Position numbers and translations under genes: made by a program. Under the pieces are notes generated by a model. That model searched no databases and had not been told where the DNA came from. It saw nothing but the letters and a program-made list of their open reading frames with translations. A DNA stretch of 63,372 nucleotides, the filler included, from Octopus bimaculoides (lineage: Eukaryota): assembly GCF_001194135.2 (NCBI RefSeq). It is 4 parts of 4 records of this genome, joined end to end, with 100 filler letters (N's around TTAATTAATTAA, not from the genome) between each part and the next. Parts side by side here need not be neighbours in the genome. Positions count along the whole stretch, not along the records: positions 29,521 to 55,050 come from NC_069009.1; positions 55,151 to 60,876 come from NC_068985.1; positions 60,977 to 63,372 come from NW_026342200.1; 1 more part is not named here. One strand, given 5' to 3'. Numbering within the stretch: the stretch's first letter is position 1; every line of letters begins with the position of its first letter. Shown here one piece after another: positions 51,334 to 63,372 of this stretch.

Positions 51334-52324
51334 GGCATATATATTACTCATGTGCATTTCATACCTGTGCGAGAGTGTATAGAAAATTATATATAAGTGA
51401 CATAAATATATGCGTGTCTATGTAGGCATGCACATATACATACATATACGCATACATGTACGTGTATACATACATAAATATACGTACATATATGTATATA
51501 TATAAATATGTATATTCATGTATGTTTAAGTTTGTATGTACGTGTATATATGTGATACCTATTTTTATTTCTATAGGCACATACACACATATGCTATATA
51601 TACATACAGACGCGCACACACAAACACACACACAAACACACACACAAACACACAAACACACACACACACACACTGAAAATCTAACATCAATATAACGAAA
51701 ACACGCAAAGAAATGTTCTCCTCACCCAACACACAAAGACACACACACACGTACACATCACACACACACACACACAATCCCACACAAACAAAAGAACAAA
51801 CACCAATACACCCAGTAAACGAAATTAGTAGAATAGCGTTCATTACTGCATCGTTTGGCTGTTCTTTATTCTGTTTTCAACCCTCCGACTCCCGTCCTTC
51901 CCCTTCGTCGTTCTATCGTCTGTTTTATATTTTGATAGCTGCCATATTGAGTTAGCGTAAACGCGTGAACACATTCTGTCTTACATTAAGGGAAGAGAAT
52001 TGACAGTGGGGCAAAATCTTCGTTTCTTTTTTGTATATATTTTTTTGTAAATATGTATTTTTTACATAGTTTTCTCTTTCTGTTGCTTCTTAATGGAATA
52101 AAATGATTAATATAAATATATACATACGTATATACATACCTATATAACTTACATATACGTACATGCGCACATATCTACTTATACACGTATACATTTACAC
52201 ACACTTATTTATGCATTCGTATACATAAATAAACATATATATGCACATGCATATATGTCTATAAATATATCTATATATGTATAGTATGTTTATATACATA
52301 TGCACATATGTATATACACATATG

Positions 52325-52378
<54 letters not shown>

Positions 52379-52631
52379 NNNNNNNNNNNNNNNNNNNNNN
52401 NNNNNNNNNNNNNNNNNNNNNNNNNNNNNNNNNNNNNNNNNNNNNNNNNNNNNNNNNNNNNNNNNNNNNNNNNNNNNNNNNNNNNNNNNNNNNNNNNNNN
52501 NNNNNNNNNNNNNNNNNNNNNNNNNNNNNNNNNNNNNNNNNNNNNNNNNNNNNNNNNNNNNNNNNNNNNNNNNNNNNNNNNNNNNNNNNNNNNNNNNNNN
52601 NNNNNNNNNNNNNNNNNNNNNNNNNNNNNNN

Positions 52632-52660
52632 TGACGTTTTGGGCGTAGCCCTTCGTCGGA
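52632..52660 (-). ncRNA. Degenerate minimal type-I hammerhead (Penelope-like repeat end)
   Basis: cCGACGA-A-GGGC-tac-GCCC-aAAAC-GTCA; two core substitutions; truncated by a gap. Confidence 0.55.
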
Positions 52661-52964
52661 AAGATGGAAAGTTCGGAGAATGGAAGAACGGAGAAAGAGG
52701 AAAATGGTGCCGATGCCCACGAGGTTACATTGTGAAAAGACCGGAAGAGGAGGTGGTGGGAAGAAAAGTTCTTTCTAAGACAGGAGAGTGAAAAAGGGAG
52801 ATGAATATCTGTGCGTGCGCGAGAGTCTGCGAGTGTGTGTGTGATAACAGAACGTGTGTGTGCGTATGTAGATGTAAGCACAATGGTCTTCTGAAAACTT
52901 TCATTTCGCAAGTACGAGGTTTCGATCGTATTGCTTGGTATCAATGTCAAGGCAAAAGTTACTT

Positions 52965-53335
52965 CCTTCTTCTTCTTCTTCTTCTTCTGCTTCTCCTCCT
53001 CCTCCTCGTTTTTCTTCGTCTTTTATTCGTCTTTCAATTTTTCATCTTCTCTTCCTCCCCCACCTTCCCCTTCTTCGTCTTTTTCTTCATCCACTTCTTC
53101 CAATTTTTCTTCTTCTTCTTCTTCTTCTTCTGCTTCTCCTCCTCCTGCTCGTTTTTCTTAGTCTTTTCTTCATCTTTTATTCGTCTTTCAATGTTTCATC
53201 TTCTCTTCCCCCCCTCCTTCCCCTTCTTCTTCGTCTTTTTCTTCATCCACTTCTTCCAATTTTTCTTCTTCTTCTTCTTCTCCTTCTCCTTCTTCTTCTT
53301 CTTCGTCTTCTTCTTCTTCTTCTTCTTCTTCTTTC
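52965..53335 (+). repeat. (TTC)-rich minisatellite-like duplication, period about 150 bp
   Basis: ttttattcgtctttcaat...cttcatccacttcttccaatttttcttc occurs twice. Confidence 0.8.
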
Positions 53336-54151
53336 GTTGTGCTAGTATAAATTCCAGTGTATAAGTTATGTCCGTAGACTTAAACAGGTCACCCAGTGTC
53401 AAAGAAGTCCATTATTTCTTTCACATCTCCACATTTTACGTCCGAAAAAAGCATTTGTTCGACTTCAAAATTATGAGGAGATATCTGTTTCTGAAACAAG
53501 ACGTTTATTTTTCTTTGCAATTAAAGAAGAAAAACATTTCTTCCCAAATTAAAAGATATTGTGTTACCAGCGAAGTGGGATTGGAATGAAACAAATAAAT
53601 AATTTGCTTCCCTTAAGGATTTCCACATTAAATACAACACTAATTTCACTTACATACGTGACTGTGTGGTAAGAAGCTTGTTTCCCGACCACATGCTTCC
53701 AGGTTCAATCACACTACGTGACACCCTGGGTAAGTGTCTTCAATTATAGCTCTGGTACGACCAAAGCAATGTTAGTGAATTTGTTAGACGAAAACTGAAA
53801 GAACCTTGTTATATATATANNNNNNNNNNNNNNNNNNNNNNNNNNNNNNNNNNNNNNNNNNNNNNNNNNNNNNNNNNNNNNNNNNNNNNNNNNNNNNNNN
53901 NNNNNNNNNNNNNNNNNNNNNNNNNNNNNNNNNNNNNNNNNNNNNNNNNNNNNNNNNNNNNNNNNNNNNNNNNNNNNNNNNNNNNNNNNNNNNNNNNNNN
54001 NNNNNNNNNNNNNNNNNNNNNNNNNNNNNNNNNNNNNNNNNNNNNNNNNNNNNNNNNNNNNNNNNNNNNNNNNNNNNNNNNNNNNNNNNNNNNNNNNNNN
54101 NNNNNNNNNTATATATATATAATTATAACACAAGGGTGTGCTTATACACAA

Positions 54152-54276
54152 CAACATGTTTGAAAATAGACGCTAAAAGCTCTATAAGCCACTTATTTAA
54201 CTCTACTTTCAACCTGTGCTAACGGAGTAAGTAAGTTGCCTATAGAGCTTTTAGCGTCTATTTTTCAAGCATGTTG
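54152..54276. repeat. Inverted repeat / hairpin
   Basis: Perfect 24-bp IR aaaatagacgctaaaagctctata (54163-54186) / 54241-54264, extending imperfectly outward to caacatg / catgttg. Confidence 0.85.
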
Positions 54277-54281
54277 GCGAA

Positions 54282-54528
54282 GAGTACAGTATTATATATC
54301 CATTACGGCCGATCTTACCAATCGGTTCAACGGCGTGTTAGGTAACAGTCCGATTATGTAACCCTGTGCTCATCAGAGGTAGCCGTTATGGAGATGAAAT
54401 ATATGACGGCTACCTCTTATAAGCACAAGCTTACATAGTCGAACTGTTACCTAACACTCCGTTGAACCTCTAGTGCGAAACCGGTCGGTAAGATCGGCCG
54501 TAAACGATATATAATACTGTACACTTCG
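54282..54528. repeat. Fold-back of two diverging minimal type-I hammerhead-like repeats (Penelope-like/retrozyme-type)
   Basis: Plus arm: acggctacct CTTATAA GCAC...GTGC GAAACCGGTC ggtaag. Minus arm: acggctacct CTGATGA GCAC...aacc gatt ggtaag. Confidence 0.7.
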
Positions 54529-54663
54529 ATTAAGACACGCACTTTACTGATAGATATACGAGTGCATCTTTTGTTTTTTGACTGATGAACTCTTAAACGG
54601 CTCACATACACACATATGTATATATATATGTATGTATGTTTGTACATACACACACACACACAC

Positions 54664-55044
54664 ATAGGAGTGGCTGTGTGGTAAGTAGCTTGCTTACCAA
54701 CCACATGGTTCCGGGTTCAGTCCCACTACTATAGCCTCGGACCGACCAAAGCCTTGTGGGTGGATTTGGTAGACGGAAACTGAAAAGAATCCCGTCGTAT
54801 ATATGTAAATATATATATATATATGTGTATGTGTGTGTTTGTGTTTGTCCCCCCAACATCGCTCGACAACCGATGCTGGTGTGTTTACGTCCCCGTAACT
54901 TAGCAGTTCGGCAAAAGAGACCGATAGAATAAGTACTAGGTTACAAAGAATAAGTCCTGGGGTCGATTTGCTCGGCTAAAGGCGGTGCTCCAGCATGGCC
55001 TCAGTCAAATGACTGAAACAAGTAAAAGAGTAAAAGAGTAAAAG
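54664..55044 (+). mobile_element. Family D SINE, near full length
   Basis: Head ggagtggctgtgtggtaag, B box gggttcagtccc, tail (gtaaaaga)n; about 27-bp deletion after cccact. Confidence 0.9.
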
Positions 55045-55732
55045 ATATATNNNNNNNNNNNNNNNNNNNNNNNNNNNNNNNNNNNNNNNNNNNNTTAATT
55101 AATTAANNNNNNNNNNNNNNNNNNNNNNNNNNNNNNNNNNNNNNNNNNNNTATACATATGTTTACATATACATTTGTATACATACATGCATACATATCTC
55201 TATATCTCTCTCACTTTCTCTCTCTATGTATATATACATATATATACTTTTTTCATATATATACATACATATATATATACGTATGTGTTCATATATGCAT
55301 TGATAAACACACAATCACACACACAAGCACACACAAACGCACAAACACACACACATATATATGAGAATATTATTCTCTATAATACTATCAGTGGCTTAGC
55401 ATGCGTAAACAATCCATAACGGTAAAGAAATTATCAATTAGTAATTATATGTACTAACAAGCAATACCAGTATGCTAACGATGGCAGTCAAAATGACCAA
55501 ACCACAAATTTTCACTTAAACACAAAGTTTAAAGCAGGCAAATGAGCGAAAATTCTAAGATCCAGCACCAATAAAATAATCCAGAATTGGATAAACCAGA
55601 TATACCCTTATCACCACGATTTCGAAGTTTCAGAAAAAATTACAGTTCTTCTTCAGCGAGTCTTACTGACACTAAAGTTATACAGTTTACCTATCTCACG
55701 AATGTGTACGATGACTTTTTTAATACAACAGC

Positions 55733-55802
<70 letters not shown>

Positions 55803-56032
55803 CGTATGTATATATGTATGTCTATATATATTCATACACACACATAAACACACGCACACAGACATATATAGGCCCATGAGTGGCTGTGTGGTAAGTAGGT
55901 TGCTTACTAGCCACATGGTTCCGGGAACAGTCCCAATGCATGGCACCTTGGGCACTAGTCTTCTACAATAACCTCGGGCTGACCAAAACCTTGCGAGTTG
56001 ATTTTGTAGGCGGAAGCTAAAAGAAGCCTGTC

Positions 56033-56069
<37 letters not shown>

Positions 56070-56073
56070 CATG

Positions 56074-56120
<47 letters not shown>

Positions 56121-57900
56121 CTGAGAAACAGAAAACACCCTATCAAAAAATAACAGTTTACTACACTATACGAAAGAAATAGCAACAAATTGTTTCTAAC
56201 AGAAACACATGTATCAAAAGAGGAAAGTATGTGTTATAGATAACATGCAATAAATATAGAAATAAACAAATAAGCGCCCTGTATGACATTAAAATACATC
56301 AAATGTTACCCAAGTACATGCGAAAGAGATTTTTATACAAAATCGTCATGTAAAATTTACTGGATTATGTATTATCACACCTGGTTTATCCTGCATTGCC
56401 TTTTCCTGATAATGTCAAATACAATTTCACTTAACAAATAAACATCTGAATAACTTTGGCTCTCCTACAACCAGCATTGAAGCTAAATGTTAAAACAATT
56501 AATCCCTCACCTATCATATATTTTGTGACTTTAAAAATATACTTTGCCACCATGGGTGGTATCGGGAATTATGGGATACATACACTAATTATAATTTTGC
56601 TAATGTCAATTTTCTTGGTGCGTATACATATGATGTAATGAGTACTGATTTTCAAGTACCTTAAAATGAAATTAGATAACAAAGGGATGGCATACTCATT
56701 AATCATTCACAATATGTTCCTGCGGAATGAAATGTAAATATGCTAATCGTTGTTATACTGTGCCTACGTAAATAACAAAACAAAATTCACTCGTGTTTCT
56801 CTTTTGCATAACTGTTCCGTAAATACACTGTAATTTACTCACTTTACTCCGCTCCTCCTTCTTCCACCCTTTCATCTGTCTCTATCATCCTATCTGTCTC
56901 ACTGTTTGTGTAACGTTCTTTTACCCATTGGGTGGCACCATGCCTGGTAGGTCCTCTACTCCTGCACCACTTATTATAACTTTGTCAGACTTTTACTCTC
57001 TTCTTTTCTGTATGCAATGTAAAGCGTGAATAGAGAAATCAACAAACCAACATTTATAGCAAACATATTGAGATGGCAAAGATAGCTTAATCAACATAAC
57101 ATACGTTAAATTAAAACTGAAAAGTGTCAGTCTGTCTATAGACGATAAATATTGGATCTTCATTCAGCTATTATTACAATCGATAATAAACAAGAAATGG
57201 GAGTCGGATTTCCTATACATATTTATCCATAAAATGAAAGGAGAGTAAAATCTAATTATGTTGAATTTTATGTAAATGAGATATACCATCAAAATCATTT
57301 TGTTAGAAATAGCTGTTACTTGCTAGAATGTGGAGCGTATTCGTATGTCGCTGTCAAAATTTCTCTGGTGTATGCATATATTGCTTTCAGAAGTATAACC
57401 AGTTTATTCAGAGACACGGCCGACAAGTGAAGAGGCGCACATCGCAATCATAGGGTTCAGGTTCACTCCTGAACCAACAAGTACTTTCTGGTAGGTGCGG
57501 GACTATAGACGGAGATTCTTGCTCAAGACATGTGTGAATATATGCGTCCATGTATATCTCGTTAAGTCTAAGTTTTTCTACCACCGATCTATTAATGACG
57601 TTATTTTGTTTACATTCGCGTAACTTTGTGGCTCAGCAGAAAATGTTGCATAGAAGTGTCAGATTTAAGATATTACTGGCTTCGATTTGTTCAACCAAAC
57701 CTAAAATTCGATGATGCAGTATGACATATGCTCCATGAGTAGAAGAGGATAAGTCTGAAGAGAAGATTTCCGAATTTTATTTCGTGTTCAGATTTAGCTT
57801 CTGTTTCTTCACTTCATTTCCTCTGTGAAAGCTGCATAGTTTTATATTAATTCATAAATATTTGCACTTGCCTACCAAATATGAAAATATTACTAGTGGC

Positions 57901-58110
57901 TTCAAATTTGGGGACAAGATCAGCAATTTTAGGCAGGGGTTAAGTCGATCACATCGGCCCCAGTGTTCAAATAGTACTTATTTTATCGATCCGGAGAAAA
58001 TGAAAGGTAAATTCGACCCCGAAGGAATTTGAACTCAGAAATTAAAGACGGACGAAATCCTACTAAGAAATTCATCCGGCAAGCTAACCAGTCACCCAGC
58101 TCGCCGCCTT
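57901..58110 (-). mobile_element. Family C SINE monomer
   Basis: gtcgatcacatcggcccc...gaatttgaactcag...cagctcgccgcctt. Confidence 0.8.
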
Positions 58111-58273
58111 AAATATATATTAAATATAAAAAATATACTATACAATAAATTGAATATGACAGATAAACTGTAATATACTATGATATACACATCTGTAATT
58201 TGTGCATTTTGCACTCGAGTTCATTAATTTCTAAGGAAGTTGGTTTACGTTCGTTTATACGATATATCAATGC

Positions 58274-58580
<307 letters not shown>

Positions 58581-59594
58581 TTAATACATTGAAATATATG
58601 TTCATTTTTTGGTCGGGGTTTATCCTATACCTTTCAAGAGAAAAAAATAACCGATTCAGTCAATTATATTGCCCTTTCCTAAATTTGTAAAAATGCACCA
58701 TTGTATAAAATCAATAATTTCCGAAATTCCTAAAAGCACGTTTCACTACCAACACAAGATTTATCAAAACAGATAGAATATCTGAAGTGGAAATTCACGA
58801 CGTCGTACATGTTTGAACTGTGTACCTTTACTGTCCGAATAAATTCGATATTGGTTCTAAACAATACTGACCATGAAGTTTACAAGACAATTTACTGAAT
58901 GTATCTTCGTGACATCGTTTTCATAAACAATAAATGCAATTTATATGAACCAAAGATTTCAATTTTTATCATTTGTAGTTTTGCTACTGCCAAGGTCTGT
59001 GCTTGACACAGCTTATTTATTTCCTAAAGTACTCAAAGCACACCATCAATACCATGAATAATATTCCAAATACAGAGCTGCTGAGACGTGAAATTATTTA
59101 TGTTCCGCGATATTTTAAATTTAGATGGGTCATGGTTTCATAACTTACTTGCTCGAACCTGTGACCTCAATTATCTAATGATAAACTAGAAATACAACAA
59201 TACTAAATTGGCAGTAAAAATCGCCTTCGATTAATGAACATATATCCGCTTAAGTCAAGATCAGTTTTCATCAGATCTTTTTCGTTTTAATTAGCCTTAG
59301 TTAGATTATGACCATCTAAAACTTTTCTTAAAAATCATTTACGCTGCGACCAATTTTTATTTGTATCTAATATGTCAGCTTTCTATGATGATATCGTGTA
59401 TTATGAGAGAAAACTGGATTCCATTACCAGAAGATCATGTGATCCTCCTTCGTTGGCTCGTGAGAATATAGTGAATAGTCTGTAGAGCAGTCTATAGATG
59501 GATCTATACTTGTTTCAATGTCGGTGGAACTACTGTTGCAAATTTAGTAGTTATCATGCACCAAATGTTAAAAATCATATTAGTCATATTCTAT

Positions 59595-60295
59595 GTTAGT
59601 GATAAGAACTCTACATGCACAGAAATGCTGTCAGATTGACCTGCCAGAGATGAGCACAGAGCGACAAAACTGTCCAGTATCCATGCATTACTGACTTGTG
59701 GAGTTATGTCGAACTTTTGTTGTCATGTGTAGGACGGATGATGCTATCGGCCGAGTCTATAGAGAAGATTGACCCGCCACCTACCTTTTGCCAGGAAGGG
59801 CAGGCAATTTTCTTCTGTTTGCTAGCAGTAGCGAAAGAGGTTGTGTAGTGGACACGGTTGAAAGGACTGAAGACAGACACATTTCTTTTCTGCTAATATC
59901 TCATCAACTTTTTTAAATTTCACTTGGAAAGGAAGATGAAAGTGGAGAGAAAAGTGATGCCAACCCCGCAGTACATTTGCTGAAAGGTGGGTGAATGTAG
60001 CGAAAATGGCACATGTGAGTGGTCCTGCTCTGATAATGCGCCTTAGGCTGGGGATTAGGAGAGGTGTACACATCTCGAGTACTCTTGAAGCGTCGAATGG
60101 TTCAGGATTGATGGGGTGCATCAGCCAACACTATATGTTCATCCTCCTATTGGGGAAATCTCGTTATATTTTGCTTATTCAATGTTTAATGTTATTGGTT
60201 TCCTAATTATTTACTCGTTGTTTAGTGTAAAATCCCCACTGTTCCCGTCTACTCTATTGTCCTCTATATGTCGATCCTAGTGGTCAATAAATGAA
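59595..60295 (+). mobile_element. L1/Tx1-type LINE 3' end (degenerate C-terminal Cys-rich region and 3' UTR)
   Basis: DKLYMH...TCQR*AQSDKTV...CITDLWSYVELLLSCVGRMMLSAESIEKIDPPP...AKEVV*WTRLKGLKTDTFL...INFFKFHLERKMKVER; AATAAA near 60288. Clade assigned from recalled similarity. Confidence 0.6.
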
Positions 60296-60312
60296 TTATG
60301 CTAAAATTCGTC

Positions 60313-60876
60313 TTAAAATATGAAAGCAAGAAAGCATCTTACTAAGTAACAAAACAGGCAAAGGAATATCTAAGTGAATTCCAATTGCAACAAATTCAAG
60401 AATTAGACGAACTAGAAACACCTGCAGAAAAAGCCAAGCGCTTGAAAGCCCGTGCTAAAATTGCTGCCTTAGCTATTATGACTGAAAAATGGCATGGAAA
60501 ACCTCTCAATGGCAAATACCCAAAGAGAGCGAACAATGCAAATATTGACAACGCCCTTACCCACCAATAGTTAATGGCCTCTGGCTTGAAATCAGAAACA
60601 GAGGGGTTTATCATGGCAGCCCAAGATCAATGCCTACCTACAAAGAACTACCAGGCCAACATATTAAAGAACGGCAGCTCCCCATTATGTCGTATATGCC
60701 AACAACAAAATGAGACCATCGATCATGTTGTCTCCATGTGCAGTCTGCTTGCGCCTACAGAGTATCTCAACATGCATGATAGAGCTGCACAATATATTCA
60801 CTGGGTAATATGCAAAAACCTGGACTTGCCCCATGATAAAAACTGGTGGGAACACAAACCACCCCCAGCACTTGAA
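60313..60876 (+). mobile_element. Second R4/Dong-like LINE fragment (post-RT and zinc-knuckle region)
   Basis: KWHGKPLNGKYPKR...GLKSETEGFIMAAQDQCLPTKNY...CRICQQQNETIDHVVSMC...HDRAAQYIHWVICK, with one in-frame stop; cut by a gap at 60877. Diverged from the 2860-4945 copy. Confidence 0.85.
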
Positions 60877-60976
60877 NNNNNNNNNNNNNNNNNNNNNNNN
60901 NNNNNNNNNNNNNNNNNNNNTTAATTAATTAANNNNNNNNNNNNNNNNNNNNNNNNNNNNNNNNNNNNNNNNNNNN

Positions 60977-62030
60977 AAACAAAATCAGAGTGTGTTACAC
61001 AATCACATCATTTTCCCACATAGACTCCATGTTTTTCGATGCACCTCCTCCAGTGTTCTACAAGCCTGCTTATTCCGTCGGAGAAGGTTTTCGATTGACT
61101 GCACAGCCATTTCTTCGCGGCCTCTTGGACTTCTTAATCCATAACACATATGTATGACTTCGTAAAGGAAGACTGAGCAGTCCGAAGAGGTGATATTCGG
61201 AAGGGTCGAGATCTGCATGGTATTCAGGTGGTTCCAGCAACTCCAATCCAAAGTTTTCAATGGCCTCAACACTTGCCTTGACAACAAATCCCGACGTTTA
61301 GGGCAAATTTCTAGTAACACTTTGTTGGCCAGCATTTCACGAGGGCTTAAACTTGTGACTATAAACTACTTTTCCTGGTAATGTTTCGGTATAAGCCATT
61401 CTGTGTATCCAAAGTCGGTTAAAACACTTTTTCGGTGGAAGATTGAGTTTTGAATTTCCTTTTCGCTTGCGATTCCGGTTATTTCTCTCCATACTCTGCC
61501 GTTTGGATTGTGGCTCAAAGTGATGTATCCGGGTATCATCTCCTGTGACCGTTTTGTCCAAACAATTCTTCGCTTTCATCGTTGTAGCAGTCAAGTAAGC
61601 GTCCACAGAATTGCGTTTATGAGATTTGATAAGTTCTCTTGGTACCCATCTCGCACAGACTTTCAGAAAGCGAAAATTGTCGTTGATGATTCCGTATACA
61701 GAACCCTGACTAATTTGCAGAGAACATACCACGTCATCGGTGATCACTCGTCGGTTTACTCGGCTCCATTACGGGAGTTTGTTGATTCTTTACGTCAGTG
61801 GTGGAGGTTGATGAGCGCCCTGCTCCCTCTTCCTGCTTCATGCTTGCCCAAACATTTTAAAGCTTATCCATTCACTCAAAGTCACTTCTGTGCGGCAGAG
61901 TGTTGTCCTAGTATTGTGCTGAAAGCTCACAATGAATTTGTAAGGTATATATGTTTGCTTGATGTGTCTACGACAGCCGTTCGTTCTTGACAACTTGCTA
62001 TTGTCTATACGTTGAGGACTTAGAAATATC
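60977..62030 (-). pseudogene. Near full-length mariner transposase relic
   Basis: EEGAGRSSTSTTD, SLQISQGSVYGII, WVPREL at 61631-61648, VTGDDTRIHHFEPQSKRQSM, PEYHADLDPSEYHLFG, VEHWRRCIEKHGVYVGK* (stop 61008-61010). Confidence 0.9.
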
Positions 62031-63039
62031 TGAAATAGATTTTTTAGACATGATAGAACATGTAATATATGTGAATTACAAAAATAGCTGTCAACGCAAA
62101 CGCAAACTACATTCAGACACTAAGCCAATACGAGTGGCAAAGAAGCAAATTGTATATTGGGAATGAAACAAAATATATTTGGGTAACATACAAAAGTATC
62201 ACCNNNNNNNNNNNNNNNNNNNNNNNNNNNNNNNNNNNNNNNNNNNNNNNNNNNNNNNNNNNNNNNNNNNNNNNNNNNNNNNNNNNNNNNNNNNNNNNNN
62301 NNNNNNNNNNNNNNNNNNNNNNNNNNNNNNNNNNNNNNNNNNNNNNNNNNNNNNNNNNNNNNNNNNNNNNNNNNNNNNNNNNNNNNNNNNNNNNNNNNNN
62401 NNNNNNNNNNNNNNNNNNNNNNNNNNNNNNNNNNNNNNNNNNNNNNNNNNNNNNNNNNNNNNNNNNNNNNNNNNNNNNNNNNNNNNNNNNNNNNNNNNNN
62501 NNNNNNNNNNNNNNNNNNNNNNNNNNNNNNNNNNNNNNNNNNNNNNNNNNNNNNNNNNNNNNNNNNNNNNNNNNNNNNNNNNNNNNNNNNNNNNNNNNNN
62601 NNNNNNNNNNNNNNNNNNNNNNNNNNNNNNNNNNNNNNNNNNNNNNNNNNNNNNNNNNNNNNNNNNNNNNNNNNNNNNNNNNNNNNNNNNNNNNNNNNNN
62701 NNNNNNNNNNNNNNNNNNNNNNNNNNNNNNNNNNNNNNNNNNNNNNNNNNNNNNNNNNNNNNNNNNNNNNNNNNNNNNNNNNNNNNNNNNNNNNNNNNNN
62801 NNNNNNNNNNNNNNNNNNNNNNNNNNNNNNNNNNNNNNNNNNNNNNNNNNNNNNNNNNNNNNNNNNNNNNNNNNNNNNNNNNNNNNNNNNNNNNNNNNNN
62901 NNNNNNNNNNNNNNNNNNNNNNNNNNNNNNNNNNNNNNNNNNNNNNNNNNNNNNNNNNNNNNNNNNNNNNNNNNNNNNNNNNNNNNNNNNNNNNNNNNNN
63001 NNNNNNNNNNNNNNNNNNNNNNNNNNNNNNNNNNNNNNN

Positions 63040-63076
<37 letters not shown>

Positions 63077-63372
63077 TTATTTAAAAGGGTTCCAACTCTG
63101 TCTGTTTTTTATGTTTTGTATTTATATTCTTGTAAAATTTATGTGGGATATAGAATATGGAATATATAATATATAATATATATATACGGATAGATTGAGA
63201 GATACAACTGAGTGGGCAAAGAAAAATATGAAACTCTGCCTAGTGCTTTTTAAAAATTTTGATAATCCTGGTACTCATTCTATCAGTTTCCTCTTGTCAA
63301 ACCAGTAAGTTATTGAGATGTAAACAAACGAACAGCAGTTGGGAGGCAGTGATGAGGGAGAAAGACAGAGAC

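Overview
This is AT-rich eukaryotic non-coding DNA, dense in microsatellites, with roughly 9 kb of N in about 27 gaps. The repeat content suggests a coleoid cephalopod (Octopus-like) draft assembly; this is inference, not a database result. I found no host protein-coding gene or intact ORF. Long ORFs in the track are N-runs or microsatellite read-through. The window is mostly mobile-element remains: at least four tRNA-derived SINE families (one a TSD-bounded dimer), R4/Dong-like and other RLE-type LINE fragments, three L1/Tx1 fragments, a probable internally deleted RTE, three mariner relics (one folded back on itself) and a hAT/Charlie MITE. The most interesting signal is RNA-level. Several fold-back repeats carry hammerhead-ribozyme core motifs (CTGATGA, GAAAC, GTC). 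One family at 37.4 kb and 38.8 kb has the three cores and their pairing arms in an order that is not a circular permutation of the canonical hammerhead. A head-to-head pair of minimal hammerheads at 54.3-54.5 kb has each copy missing a different catalytic box. Superfamily names (CORE, V, Meta, Penelope-like) are recalled from the literature and need confirming by search.
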